DNA from: Psammoneis japonica
Lineage: Eukaryota
Length of the DNA stretch: 64,000 nt
Assembly (NCBI GenBank): GCA_008632985.1
Contig: QPGO01000028.1
Coordinates: forward strand, 429,598 to 493,597
Direction: 5' to 3'
The notes beneath the pieces were generated by a model. That model did no database searches and had not been told where the DNA came from. It worked only from the letters and a program-made list of their open reading frames with translations. Every line of letters begins with the position of its first letter. The stretch's first letter is position 1. Below, in pieces: positions 34,551 to 48,069 of the stretch. The translations under genes were made by a program, and so were the position numbers.

Positions 34551-37428
34551 TCATGCTGTGCACTGGTTCAGTGATACTTCCTGACTTTCCGCGGGGGCGG
34601 GCGAAGTCCGAGCAAGAGCAGGTTGCCTGTATGCTCTCGACCATTCGTCCGCGTGAAGCTTGTTGGCAAGGCCGTCATCATTGACAAGAGATTCGGAAGG
34701 AACAAAGTTCGTCAAACCAATCAAAGTGTACATTGGAAATGCAAAGATGATGGAAAATAATGTCAGGGGAATCAAAAGTCCAGCTGCAATACTGCCTTCC
34801 TTCAAACCCAACACCGATGACAAAAGCATCTCGGAGAGAATGAGGCAGATAATTATTGCCTTTGTTCCGGCCACCCAGTATTCCCCGGTGGTATCGACGC
34901 GACGCTGTGATTCCGGTGGGTAGATGTAGATACACTGGTGTCGATAGGCAATGTTCAGAAACAAGAATAGAAAGACTTGAATGCAAGGAACAATGGGGCT
35001 GATCGAGGAGAAGGCTGACAGACACATAATCTGCAGGACAAGGTAGGAGGTGCGTAACGACAACGCAGGATCAGGCGGTGACGACAGCGGAAATATACCA
35101 ATCCGAGGAGTATACTGTCCAGTTTCCAAGTAAGGCAAAGTGAAACGTTCAATCCACGAAATAAGGATCGGGCCCAATCGAAGCAATTCAAATCCTATAC
35201 TGAGAAAGACCTGTGTCGCAATTAATTGCTACATTATGCAATCGACAAAAAAGACAATATACAATACAGGTAAGACAAACGAAGGAGGGAAGCAGTCATG
35301 AGATCCATCAAATGCCACCTTACCATAAATGTCGATGATGACGCTGGTCGGTCAAGCATGTGTGCGAGTCAATTTAGCATTGAAATATACCGCAAGACGG
35401 GTTCCGTGCAACGAAAACATTTTCTTGAGTACTCACCAGGAATCGACACGGAGAGGAGCTTTCCATAACTATCTGGGTTATCTTTTGCCACTTCATAGAT
35501 CGCAAAAACAGCATTGGCAAGAAGCAAAATTATAAAGTGCTGGATCACCTGGAAGACACAAAAGCGCGTCCGATGTAATGCCAGGTTGATATAGCACGTC
35601 GATAGAATCGTTGACGCTGGTTAGACTTTCTATTCTCCATTCAAGTTTTTTTGCGCACTCCTGTACATCAATTTCAATGAAACACGTCTTACCTGGAATG
35701 TGATTAGCTTCCAACAAAGCGACGACCGTAACATGGCCTGACCAACGTGTCCCTCCAACCTGACGAGCAATTCCATAGCCCCCCACAATAGATAACATAG
35801 ACAGATAAGAAGGAGCGGGGCAATCTGAGCCAGAAACATTTCTGCCTGAGACGAAGCTTCAATCCACCGACCAAACGAAGGTATAGTATCCGCCAGTGCG
35901 CCCGCTTGGAAAAACGTTGTGATGAAAAAGACAGGAACCGTGTAGAGTGCCAGACTGAAAGAAGTACCAAATCTGCTGCAGACTTGGCCGAGCAGGAGCC
36001 GCTTCTTGTTTCTTGGTCCACGGACGTCCTTCCAAACAACATCTCGAGGCTTTGGTGCCGCAATGGGCTTCATTACCGACGGATCAGTATTGTGCTTGAG
36101 TTGCAGCGAAATCATGGCGGATCGTATGCTTGCAAATGTGACAAAGGCGGCGCTCTTCATAGTCCCGTCCTCGCTTAGTGACACAAAAGGGATCGCCTCC
36201 GCTGCAATGTCGATTGGGTTGTTCTCCGCAATCACGTCCGCCACGTCCGATTTCGTCACCTTTGGTGCAACGTCATTCATTTGTAGAGATCCCGGCAAAA
36301 AGTCGCCACCCGAGGTCGCCTTGGTGTTGGACTCTTCATCACCTTTGCGTGACTCCTCATCCTGTTCAGCTCTTTGATTGCCCTCTTCCAGGTCAAAGCA
36401 CTTTTCGTTAGCCGACTGCTCGGCACGAACGGCTTCAATCTTGGAAATCGCGATATCAATCTCTGCATTGAGTTTGTCAAGCTTGCTTTTCATGTCATCC
36501 ACTTTGGCATCATCGACAGTTTCAAAGGACATGCAACAGCGGTTTTTCGGAGGGTCGTCTCCATTCTTGATGGCGTCCAGCACCTTGACGTGACCATTCA
36601 ACGTTTTCTTCAACTCGTCACGCTTGGCCACCAAATTTTCAAGATTGGGAATATCAAGAGGAAATGTAGCATCTACCACTTGGTCCTCGCCAAGCAAGCT
36701 CCGAAAAAACTCTCCGAGCTTTTCGTTTGACCTCAATTCCTCTGGTATGTCCGGAATGTATATCGAATGGTTCTGAGGTTGTGGTCGCGACAAAAGTCGT
36801 GTCCGGTGAGTTGTGAACCACTTGACCTGATGGGATTGACACACGAAGAATGAGATGCGGGAAAACAGCAATTCTTTAAAACCCGAAAAAAAGAACTCAC
36901 CTCTCGTGCAATAAAGATCATGGCAAAAGTAAAGAAAATGTAGGCAGCAACAAGTGTCGCATAAACCCTATCTGATCCTAACGGCAAATTGCTAAACGAT
37001 ATGGAATCCCAACCATCCGTGACATTCAGATCGCCGTCGTCAGCTGTCTTGTAGATTGGAATTAAATAAATCGCGTTGAAGATACCCACGAGCGACATTC
37101 TCACGCCCAGCGTCATCATCCGAACAAATCCCGCAGAATCGAGTCCACATTGCTCCACCAGCGCATCGTCTGATACAAATAGAACCTTGCGTATCCATCC
37201 AAAATAACCATGACTTTCAGAGGCGAGCTGGCAGTTGAAGGCTGGTACGGTGTTGCGCACGTTGTACACCGAAGGGAAGCGCCGCCGGACAAGGATGAAA
37301 ATGCAAAAGAGGATGGCAGCGATGGAACCATAGAGCTTGAAGGCGTACTTGACCTTGTCTGCATTGCTGAGCACGCCGCCTTCATCCTGCAAGATTCGTT
37401 GCAAATACTCCATCTCCCGACTCTCCAT
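34551..37428 (-). CDS. CSC1/OSCA/TMEM63 mechanosensitive Ca2+-permeable channel, multi-exon
   Basis: RRRFPSVYNVR, CGLDSAGFVR, HSIYIPDIP, AAFVTF, AAPKPRDVVW and AYRHQCIYIY. Intron 36827-36900 and a donor at 35692; exon structure between 35200 and 35690 is unresolved. Confidence 0.88.
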
Positions 37429-37867
37429 TGAATGGCAGGAAAAACGACGATGATGTCGATGTCTTGTTTTTATGAACGGATGAGCGTTACCGGCATGCTG
37501 CAGGGTTTTTACACCATGCTACTGGAGCGCATTTTAGAGCGGGAGGGAAGAGAGGAGGAGAAAAAAGGAAAGAAAAAGAAAGAAGAGAAAAGAAAAGAGA
37601 GAAAAGGAGAGAAGAGACTCTGTTTTTTCGCCTTGCAACAACATCGTTCGAAAAGCGTTGTGTTTTTGTGGATGTCGGCGTTACATTTCCAACCTCCATT
37701 TTAGAAGCTCTTTTGCTCGGGAGCTCGAGACCATTTTAGATGTTTTTAGAAGCGGCTTTGGAGCTCGAAGTTCTGCACGTGTGTGGGCCTACCAGAAAAG
37801 CGCATGTACAATTTATACTGAGCCATACGTATCAGAATTGAGTAATAAAGGCTTTCGTCACTTCCTT

Positions 37868-37923
37868 TCAGCCAATCAGAACCGAACAAAAGTAAAAGAT
37901 GTTTCCCCTCAGCCAATCAGAAG
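37868..37923 (+). promoter_or_regulatory. Paired CCAAT boxes (TCAGCCAATCAGAA twice)
   Basis: Two exact AGCCAATCAGAA copies 41 bp apart, upstream of the CSC1 gene and of a possible divergent transcript. Confidence 0.5.
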
Positions 37924-38689
37924 CCAGCACGTCTGTCATACGTCAGTTCTATTGTGAGATTGACCTTGCTTACTCGTACTAGTCGTTCAAATTTTATATA
38001 AATTTATTCGTATCTATAGAGGAAGGTTAAACTGAGCGTCGCTCCCATTTCTCTTTCAAAAAGCAAACACATCAAACAGCAAACCATCACCGTCGTCACC
38101 TTCATTGTTTGGGTGTTGCTACAAGCCAGAATGTCTCCATTACCATAGGACTGAAGCGGAGGTATGATGTATCATTGTAAAAATGATTCAACAATGACAA
38201 TGGAATTGGCACCACGATCGAATCATTGTGCAAGGCAAGATGCTGAAAAGATGGCATCTGTTGGTTAATGTTCATGACATGCCTGATTTCTGTTTCGACA
38301 ACTACTCACAGTCTAGCTCTCTGCCTTTTTGTTTCACACATTTCAGTTCAGTTGCTTCTGAGTCGCTCCTATCTCGTCCAAGGTGGAGGCTTCTCTTGGT
38401 TTCTGAAGGCCTTCGGATCTGCAGATGAGGGCCAGAACGACTTGTACCTTGTCAATCTAGGGTTGTCGTTAGCAAGTCCCTAATTTATGTGACGAAGTGT
38501 CAGCAAGTTACAACAATTGAATGCCCATCCCACGACGAGTGGAGCAGATCAAGAGGCACTTCAAGACTCACCAACTGGAGTGCAACAATGCCTCAAGTCA
38601 CACGGCACCTCAAGACACACTTTGCATCAAGCACTCGACCCACGGGTGGTCGACGTGACTAATGAATGACATTATTTTGGAATCTACTT

Positions 38690-41600
38690 GTCACCAGAGA
38701 ATGGTGAGATAGTTCAAGCATGGTTCCATGTGTTTTTCCTCATTCCCTGAAACAGTCATGCCATGCTCTCACCCTGCACTCTTGGTTCTCATTTTGTTGC
38801 ATCTGCGGCCCGCGCCATCCGCACGGTGCCAATGGATGAAGACGGATTTGGCACTGGCATTGTGCTTGTGCACATGTTCAAAGCAATTGACCAAATGAGG
38901 CAAGTCTTCTTCTACGAGTGAGTGACAGGATCCCCATTGTCCCTGAAATGTTCACATTTCTCTCGTCCGTGCGAGGGATGTCGGCCTTTGCATTCATGTG
39001 CGTTCCCGCCCTCAAATTCGATGCAGCGCATGCAACGACATTTATTTCTTTTCTTGTTGTCACCACTGCGCTCACCTCTCTTTCTTGTTCTTGGGCCTCT
39101 TTCATTTGCAGGTTCACCTTCCGCCAACACAGGGTGCACGGGGCACATTTGCGTGCCGCCCACTGCAATGATTCTGTCGTCGTTGCGACGAGCATTCTCG
39201 GATGGAACTTCAAGAGCACGTGGTGCAAGTGGGATGGGCCAGTGCACAGAGCGAGTTGGGGGCTGTTGCTGTTGAGTGTTACCTTCGTTGGAGTTGCCGC
39301 CGTCTTCCAAGACTTCTGTTTCGACTTCGCTGGAGGTCTCGTCAGTTGCAGCATCGGGTGGCAGGGTTTGATTCAGGTGCGTCAGCGCTTCAAAGACATT
39401 CCTCGCGCCCTGAATTGCATCCTTTGATCTTTGATTTCGTTTCCACTTTTCATGGTGCAGATTCAGATGTGCCTCTAGCTTGGGAAAGACCGTCACGCCA
39501 TTGCAGTGCTTGGTCCAATCGAGACAGAACTGCGCGGCATTGAAAGGAGACTCCAGGCAAAACCGCGAGAAAAGTTGACACTCGGTCACGCCGTGCACAG
39601 GTAAGAAAGGCAGCTTAGCTCCCATTGCTGCAGCATGACATGCCTGGTCTCTAGTGAGTTTCACTTTCTTCTCCTCACCTGGTTTGCCCGCGTCACTCTT
39701 GCTCCAGGTCTCAAACTGTGTGGCTTCGACTGCGTTTGCCAACTCCTGATTTTGTAGCAGGATTGTGTCGAAGCTCTCTGCCGCATCTTTGTAGTCGCTG
39801 GAATTTGTCCATTCAGGGTACAACAGGACGCCGTGATTCTCTTCAACGAGGAGTTGCAGCCTGTCAATTAACCACGTGTCGAAGTGGCCGATCTTTGGGA
39901 AGCCCTGTCGTCGACGCTCCGAGCATCGATGATTGTGACGATGCCGACGTTCACTTAAAAGGCAGTCGGACATTTCTACCCCGGTGCACCACGTTCCAAA
40001 TGTTGTCACCATTTGTTTGTGAATCGACTCAACATCGCTTGTTCCTCTGTTGCAATCCAGCAGATGAAATCCGTGTTTGTTCTTTGCGGGTTCCCCTGAA
40101 CTGTCAAGACGCAGAGTGTAAAAAGACACACCAGGAGGGTCCGACAAATACCCCGCAAGAATGTCTTTGAGTGCCCCATTGGCTTTCTTCCATGATGCCT
40201 TGTTGAAAAGGGATTTCCCGGTGTCATCATCAATTTTGGAACCCAACAACACATGCACGGCGCGGACTCGCCAATGCAGCTGCCGAGGGGGGAGCTTCCG
40301 TCGATCAACGCACTCTCGAAAGAATTTTACTCGGCAGTACATTTCAAGCTCAATTTCAGCTTCAGTGCAACCATCTGCAATCATTGCCTGCTTCACCTCG
40401 TCCAGCTTTTGTGGATTCCAAGCGCACTCGGCTTCGCGGAGGGCTGCTTTCATTGCCTTTTTGAAGATGTGCCGAACCGGCATTTTCGGTCTGTCGATGC
40501 TGTGAAATCCATCACCGTTCACAGCAGAGAATGCCTTCGGCATGTTGTTGGGGTGGATCATCCAAACAAGGGTGTGGCAGCGATGTTCGTCCGGCCTCAG
40601 CATCGGAAGCAAGAGCCTTGCATTGTCGCATAAATTCAATGTCTTCCATTGCAAGTGTCGATGCATCTGCATCCTCCTCCTCATCATCATCAACACCAGT
40701 GTCCTCAAATTCCTCATTGTCGTTTGCTGTTTTGTCATCTGGCTCCATGTCAACTGGTGCGGGTGCTGGCTCAGTGGTCGTGACGTCGTCGTTCAGACCG
40801 GGCTGGGGTGCAACGGCATCTCGGATGTTGTCGTTTGGCACGTGGTGCTTCAGCATGGTTAGCGGCAACAGCACAGAGAATGGAGGGGCACCGAAGTCTC
40901 CAAGGCAAACTTTTTCACCTGTGCGTCGCGCACTGTCATCTGTGCTGGGCAGCAATTGTGCGGACTCACAACATCTTTATCGTCAGTGATGATTCCCCAT
41001 CCAGCTCTTGTTGCCATGGCAGAAACGCCACCACGACTTGGAACAACATCCACCGATGCATTCGGGACAGCATCATTCAAGGGCAATCTCACCGTGAGAT
41101 CGGGCATGTCGTGAAGATGCAAGCAAACTTCGAGTGATTTTGCAGCATCTGTTGAAGCACATCCCATCTGTGCTTCTGCAAGCGGCACCATGGTCCAATC
41201 CGACAGTCTCACATGCATTGGTTTTTCCAGCGTCTCTTGCAGAGTCAATTTAACTGGTGCTTCAAGCCCGACACCGCCATTCTGTACGACATCTCGCTTC
41301 CGAGCGTGCGTGCCAAGATTCTGAACATTTGGCATGTGCTTGGTAAATTCGTCAGCTTTGAAATCTCTGCCGATTTTCTTGAAGTCACCAGCAACTCCAA
41401 CGCCAACAAAAAGAATCTCTGGATCATTCAAGAAAGCTCGCAGACGGTTTGGTGCCTTTTGCAGCGACGTCCATGAGATGATTAGACATTTTGTCGAGCC
41501 ATCGTCTGCGCGACACGCAAGCTGAGCAGTGCCGATTTTGCCACTTGACACAACCATGCCACGTGAGTTCTTGCTTGTCGGCCACTCACAATCTAGCCCC

Positions 41601-44570
41601 ATCACCCGCTCACCTTCTGGTTTCTCCTTTACACGCTCTCGCAGTGCATCAACCACGGTGTTTATTTCGGCATTGCTGCACAGGACACGGACGTCTTGAA
41701 CGTTGATTCTGCAAACTGTTGCATCACTGGCAGCATCAGAAGTGGGTTCTTCGCACACCTTGTTGCACAACTCTTCAAAGTGCCGCAACGATGGAATCGT
41801 TTGGAGAAGGAACGGCTTGTCGGCACCAGGTTTGTCAGTGAAGACCATTTCTGCCGGATCCTGGCCGCACGCTTCAACTGTCTTTCAAAAGGCAAGTGTT
41901 GCATTGCGCATCTGGTCGTGACCATCCGACACAACGTGGTGCTGCATTCTAATCTCACCAAACTCATTTGTGCAGGTGACAAGGCCTTTGAAAATGGGGT
42001 TGCCGTGGCATTGACAGAGGTGCTTGGCCTCTTTGAATGATGCGTCAATGTGAAGGTGCCGTGCGCCCCTCTTCTTCACTTCCTTGTCCAAATGCCGCCG
42101 CATGGATTTGTGGTGCTCCTTGTGAATGTGAGCAAGGTGCTTCCCAGTGGGGACCAGTCCATCACACCCAGCTTTGTCGGAAAAGGTAGAGCACATGCTT
42201 CGTTGCAATGCTGGATTCAATGCCTTGTCACGCTTGCACCTGTTCTCACGTTTGATGCACTCGCGGTAGCACTTCTTGGAATGCAACTCAAGGAGCAGGC
42301 TGGAAAGGGCTTCTGGGTGCATTCCTTTGTCATGTGCTGGGCGCATGAGGTCTAGCACTGTTTCTTTGTCGACGCCGGCCCTGTGGGAAAGGTGGGCAGG
42401 AAACTCATCGCCATGTCCACAAGGCATGAGTTCAGTGGACAATGGATCACAGCCCATGAATGTGCACTGCCTCACATTGTTGCCATTGTCTTGCCTGTGT
42501 TGTTCCTTGCAGTGGTGACACATGCACTGAGCTGTCATGGCGCAGCAGCATGAATTGAGCGAGATGATGCGTCGTGCGTGGTGATTTGTTTGACACCCGT
42601 GTAGCCCAACCCGATTTTTCCGCCTGCAACAAGGACAGTGCGGAGTGCCATCTGGACCCCACCTGATGTGCGGCAACCACACAACAACCTCTCGACAGCA
42701 TGAGGGTTCTTCACAAACGATGCCAAGCTCATGACAAATCATTCTTGCATTCTCCACCAACAATTTCCAACCACTTTCTCGCAGATGCTCCAGGAGCCAA
42801 CGTCTGTTCAGAGCACCGCCGAGGTTCCCAGCAGTCTCTTGCCTCAGTCGAGCACGAACCACCCTGAGGCATCTGAGCATGGTCCCATCGGGTCCACCCA
42901 CAGCTTCATCTAGACTGTCGTCACATTCACCAAAGTCGTCTAGCTCTGCCGTCACTGGAGGCAAATCCACAGGTTTGGGAGGAGGCTCGCGACCCATTGG
43001 CCCAGAATGCGCAGCACAGAATCCACATGCGTGGGCTTGAGCTCTCGAGCAAAAGATCCAGTGACATCAACCAAGAGCCTGCTGCAGCACCCCTCACAAA
43101 GATTTTGCTTTCAACCAATGCGCTGGCATCAAAACTTCCCACCGACCTGCTGACGGCGGCAGCGCGCGCAAAAAATCCTCAAGACACCCGGATTTTTGTC
43201 TTGCTGCCACCTCAGCACTCAGCAGACTCTCTGCTAGAGTGGGCACTTCTAGCAGATGGCCACATCCCGTTTCGGGTTAGGTTGTGGTTGGTTGTTCTCA
43301 TCACAAAACGAAGACAATGTCATGTGCATGTTGGGTCATTGACAAAAAGCAGTGCCAAATGAACAAACAAGAAGGCAAAAAAAGAAAACAACACTGCCAC
43401 AGAGTTGCAGTGTCTTCTCTGTGAAAATCGTGTCATGAGCTGCAGCCAGTTTTTCAGCCTTGGTTCAGGGGTGAAAGAGGAGATGCGATGTGCTGGTGCC
43501 AATGCAGAGGTGAGAGATCTCAAAAGATGCAAATGGCTGTTGGAGTGGCAACGGGAGCTTTGGCAGTGAGTTTTTTTCTTCATGTGCAGTGGCGGCATCA
43601 CAAGAAAATGGAGCTCCTCTCATCAAGAGCTGCTGGCACCACACCTGCCTTTCTTGGGAAAAGCTTTTCACTCCAGAGCTGCACAAGAGAGCCACCCACA
43701 TCTTTTCTGCTGCACTCAATTGGAAAGCAAACAAGGTGTCCAGCTCTGCTGCCCTGCATCAGCCTGGAGGCATCTCGGTGTTGCCCCAGCCACAGCAGCA
43801 AACAGAGATGGGCATTGCACAGAGTCGCACAAGACATGCTTTGCAAACAAAAAAGCCTTGCAGCACATCGAACAAAGGGCAGTTGGCTTCAGCTGGGACA
43901 GTGTTGACAGAAATGAGAATGTCAAGTTCAGCCCAAACATCCTCACTCCTTGTGTGAAAACAAACCCAAAGAAAGCCAAAACCCATCACACAAAAAAATG
44001 CACTTTGTCTTTGACAGAAGGCCAACAAGCAAGGATGGCAACAGCCAAGTTAAGGTCAACCCTGATGATCCACTTGCCTGCAAGAAAGTTTGAGTGTCAG
44101 AGTTGAAGGCTTGACATCTGGCCACCCTCAACCAACAAGCAAAGTGGTTGAGCAGCCACTGCAGCAGAGGCAGAAGCTCAAAAAGCTGACACCCAAAATT
44201 CCCAAGCAAATTGTGGAATGACCAACAAATGCTGCAATGTTCCAACTGGATGTGGGTGCAATTCTGGCATCTTTGACAATCACTAAAATGTCAAGAGCTC
44301 CATGCCTGGACACTCCGGACAATTCACAAAAGCCTTCAGTGACCTGCATTGGCTTGAGCTCACCTGGAAGGGCATCAGCAGAGTTGGTCCTTCAGAAGAC
44401 TTCTGTTCCCAATGAATTGTCTGATGAGCTCTGGTCAAGACAACCTGCTGTGCAGCAAGCCAGTGTAGGGATGAAAGGGAAAACAATCAAAAGAACTGTG
44501 TAGACCACCTGGCAAGTGGCATGACAACATTGGCGCCTAGAAACATGAGTGCACCAATCTTTGTCCCGAC
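38690..44570 (-). mobile_element. TpA-depleted transposon block containing the exonuclease-transposase; termini not resolved
   Basis: Compositional boundaries and the internal transposase remnant. No TIR or TSD was found by eye. Confidence 0.5.
38912..43260 (-). pseudogene. Decayed DNA-transposon ORF: DUF6729-like Zn region and DDE transposase with an inserted WRN-like DEDDy 3'-5' exonuclease
   Basis: Frameshifted pieces 42997-41885, 41848-40859 and 40753-38912. Motifs CPCC..CHHC, EFPAHLSHRAGVDK, IDASFK (D1), VFTDKP (D2), LDCEW/GVAGDF/SDW..CASTDA (ExoI-III), GDGFH (DxxH) and RGTSDVESIH (E). Confidence 0.75.
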
Positions 44571-44917
44571 ACCACCATAGCACGAAAAGCCAGATAACTA
44601 TTTTCGTGCTTGTATGGCCTTGTGAATCTGGGAGACGGTATCAACTGGTGCCGGTATGAGAGAGACGAATAGAAATAAAATCATTCTTCCGCTTGATCGG
44701 AAACTGCTGAGAGGCGTATGCACCCCACACCTGTGCATCGCTCATGACTGAGGAGAGATTATCAGTTATAGAAATTAGCATTATGAACGTTTTGGCGGGT
44801 TCAAGAGAAAAAAGTAACGCAAGATAAACCCTTCTTGAACTGGACATAAAGTGGTTGCGCTTTGTTCTTGGACAGATATATAGCCATCAACTTTCATTGC
44901 GTCTCTCGTGTCTTGAT

Positions 44918-46232
44918 CTAAATCATTCGTATAGATTCGATTTCCACTAGCTTGATTTTTGCGGCACCACTGGCGTCAATCAGGAGACTATCGAGTACGT
45001 CACGCCCCGACGTTACAATACCAAAACATGATTCACCCTCGTCAACTTCATGGTTTTCATCTTGTGGGCCATGAGATACAGAATTATCAATAGTGTTGAC
45101 GTAAAAGTCTGGGCCTCCAGGACGCCCTGCAAATCCCACTGTGTACGGCTTGTGGGGGAACTCGGGTGAGTACTCGGAGAATGATAGCTTTCCCAGATTA
45201 GCACTGTAGAAACGACTGTCAACTCGCTCCGCATTTTGAATGTCTAAGGGTGTGGCTTGTAGGACGTGGGAATGTAAATCGCGATGAACAAAGGACAAAC
45301 CATCCCAAAGTTTCTTTGCTACCATTTTCAAGAAATGATTCACTGCGTGTGGCATAATATCTATCGGCGCCAACTCAATGATGAATTTACTTCCGGCAGG
45401 AAGAGTGTCCTTTTGGCCGCCACGAAGAGTTACTTCCACACGGTGTGGTCCTTTTCCAAACCTTGCGATAGGAAAAAATGTGAGTACTTCAGCGAACATA
45501 TGCCAATACTCTGGGATAGTCTGATACTGAGACTTACTTTGCTAAAGCTTCACGTTTGCTTCGTTGCTGGATTCCCTGTTGAAGACTGTCAATACGTTGA
45601 AGGAGGCTTTCTTCGACCAGTTCCATTTCTCGGTAGCTCGAGTCTTGAGGTTGAAAGACGTCTCCCCTGGCGTGCAAGTCTGCCAGCAATCGATGATTTT
45701 CTATCTTGAGATCCTTGAGGTCCGTTTCAAGCTTACGCGCCTTATCTGTCTTCCTTTCGATTTCCTTGATAATCCTTTTGTGCCCCGCACTCAGATCGTC
45801 CAAGGCCGATGACTGCCTCCTGAAGCGCAGATGCATCATCTGATGACCGGCCCATGGTAGAAGGAACAAAGCAGCGGTTATCAGGATATGAAGGGTTGAG
45901 TAATGGTAGTTTTTGGATCCTCGTTTTTTGTACGGATTTGACTCATGCCTCCCAGTGACGTCGCCGAGGAAGCTACCAACGGAAGACACACGCTGTGAAA
46001 CATGCGAAACTTGCGGTGATGGTGGGGGCGTCCACATGTTCGGCGTGACGGTACGGGGAGTGTTGTATTCATAAATGGACGGATGTGACGTAGAAACGCT
46101 CATTGTTCGATGAGATAGAGCCTGAGGCTTTTTAGCCATTAACCCGTCCGATGATCGCCGGATATTCTGGCCGCCACACATTGGCAGCTCCGGAACACCA
46201 TTTCCGTTGTTCAACCGATTTGTCAGCCCCAT
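44918..46232 (-). CDS. Membrane-anchored coiled-coil cyclophilin-like (PPIase-fold) protein; intron 45462-45537
   Basis: TM and coiled coil, spliced ..EALAK|FGKGPHRV, IELAPIDIMPHAVNHF, FSEYSPEFPH and GRPGGPDFYVN. Confidence 0.85.
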
Positions 46233-46892
46233 CAGCTACGATAATAGCACTGTGGCTCGTAATGGTATCAGGTTCAGTTGCCCTCCAAAAAATGGCAGGA
46301 GGAAAACAAAATGTGAGTTAGTTGTTTCAGCGAGAGATTTCGCTAAAGCAGCTGGTTTGCTCGGATTTTGTGACAAAATCGAGGTCACACCTAAATGTTC
46401 TTATACGGTTTTTAATAAATTACCCATATCTATGTCATAGTTTTTCTAATATCAAAAACGTTTGATTTTGTGATACTACGTATATAAAATTTTTAATGAT
46501 ATATTCAGACATGAAAGATTTAGCGAGACACACATGAATCTGACCGTTGGGGGTTTCGGTTTTTGTTTTGTGATGATGTCATCACTCCATCATGCCCGCC
46601 CCAGCAAGAAAGTGATGCCAGCAGACAGCTATTTGTAGCTACAGTAGAGAGAGAGGAACCTACTCGTACTGTACGACTATGCTGTTGTTTGTGGGCAAAT
46701 ACATTTCAAAGAGCCACCGCAGGAAACGAGACAAAGGCCCTACCGGTAGGCTTGTACCGATTCATGTGTCCTCTCTGGAGAATGAAATCGATTTCAAGTG
46801 ACGATTTTGCGAAGACAACAACCAACTCCAGACCAACACTATGTAAAACTACCTCTGTACGAACTTTAGCAACTTCACTCACTCTATATTGC

Positions 46893-48023
46893 TCACTCTA
46901 ATGGGATATCTTTTTCTTCGCATTCCTCGTGATTCATTAGCATTCCATCCATAAGATCATAGCCTGTCGAAATAGCAACACCAATCCCGGTGCCTGAGCT
47001 TGCATAGTAATATCCAGCTTCGTTAACAAAAACAACATAGACTTCATCGCCGTGCGATCCATCGTAGTGCACAATTGACTTATCGAGGGCAACAAACAAA
47101 GGATCGCCTGTTTTCAAGATTTGAAAGTCACGGTCTTGGATCGATTCATGAACCATGAGGGCCGGAAAGTTGGGATTGTCTGGATCCGACGGCCAAGTGA
47201 TCTTCCCAGAGATCTCCCCTTTTCTCTTTGCTGGAGCGGTACGAAAGCAAGGAACAAATCCAGATGGATAAGCCTCTTTTAATTCTTTCATAATGGCATC
47301 CTCTTGACCCTCGTTTCGTTTCTGTAAAAACTCCAAAAGGGCGTTCAGCGCACGTTCCGTCTTGATTACTGCGTCGTGTCGTAAGACACCTTGTGGTACG
47401 GGACCAACTTCAATAGTGAATCCATGTTTGGCTGCCGAAGAAAGATTCGGTCGTTGCTGGCGTTCCGGAATGGCGTGCATGAGAATACGTGTCTCGGAAT
47501 GGTCTTTGCACTTTAGCTTGACATAAGCCGCACCCTGCGCCATGAGTTCATCGCCCTCTGGGACAATCACAGTGATCCCCATGTTGCTCGTGGTGGAGTG
47601 TAAGTCAATCGCAACATCGAACTGAGCAAGATCGGCGCCGCTGCATTTGGAACCTAACATCTCATCGAGTTCACGGGCACGAGCCCCTTCGCTCGTCGTA
47701 GCAGCTGTTTCTGCCGCATCATCGGCATGATCTATATCACACAATTTATCATAACTGAACTCGCGATTCAAATCTGTATCCACAAATCGTTTATTTTCTA
47801 AAACAGCCTTGGGATTTGCCAAGAGCGTGGATATTTCCAACGACGAGTAGTCTGCACGTAATTGTTCTTGTTGTTGGTCGAGCGACTTGATGCACCAAAC
47901 GCCCGTGTATTCATTGCCATGAGTGCCTCCAACGACAACTACTCGTTTAACAACTGGAGGCGACAATGAGATAACCTTATAGAAACAGAACAAGACGAGA
48001 ATGAGTAGAAGATAGAGCGCCAT
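46893..48023 (-). CDS. Aspartoacylase / succinylglutamate desuccinylase family (M14-like)
   Basis: GGTHGNEYTG, RFVDTDLNR, IDLHSTT, IEVGP and FVNEAGYY; N-terminal hydrophobic signal. Confidence 0.92.
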   Translation of the reverse strand: MALYLLLILVLFCFYKVISLSPPVVKRVVVVGGTHGNEYTGVWCIKSLDQQQEQLRADYSSLEISTLLANPKAVLENKRFVDTDLNREFSYDKLCDIDHADDAAETAATTSEGARARELDEMLGSKCSGADLAQFDVAIDLHSTTSNMGITVIVPEGDELMAQGAAYVKLKCKDHSETRILMHAIPERQQRPNLSSAAKHGFTIEVGPVPQGVLRHDAVIKTERALNALLEFLQKRNEGQEDAIMKELKEAYPSGFVPCFRTAPAKRKGEISGKITWPSDPDNPNFPALMVHESIQDRDFQILKTGDPLFVALDKSIVHYDGSHGDEVYVVFVNEAGYYYASSGTGIGVAISTGYDLMDGMLMNHEECEEKDIPLE

Positions 48024-48069
48024 TGTTTCTGAACTTGAAAACAGAAAATAAATCCAAAAAAAAAATGAA

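Noticed and set aside
38488..38671. TGT...ACA-bounded 184-bp segment as a solo LTR
   Set aside because: The flanks (ATTTA and TTATT) do not form a TSD, and there is no second copy in the window.
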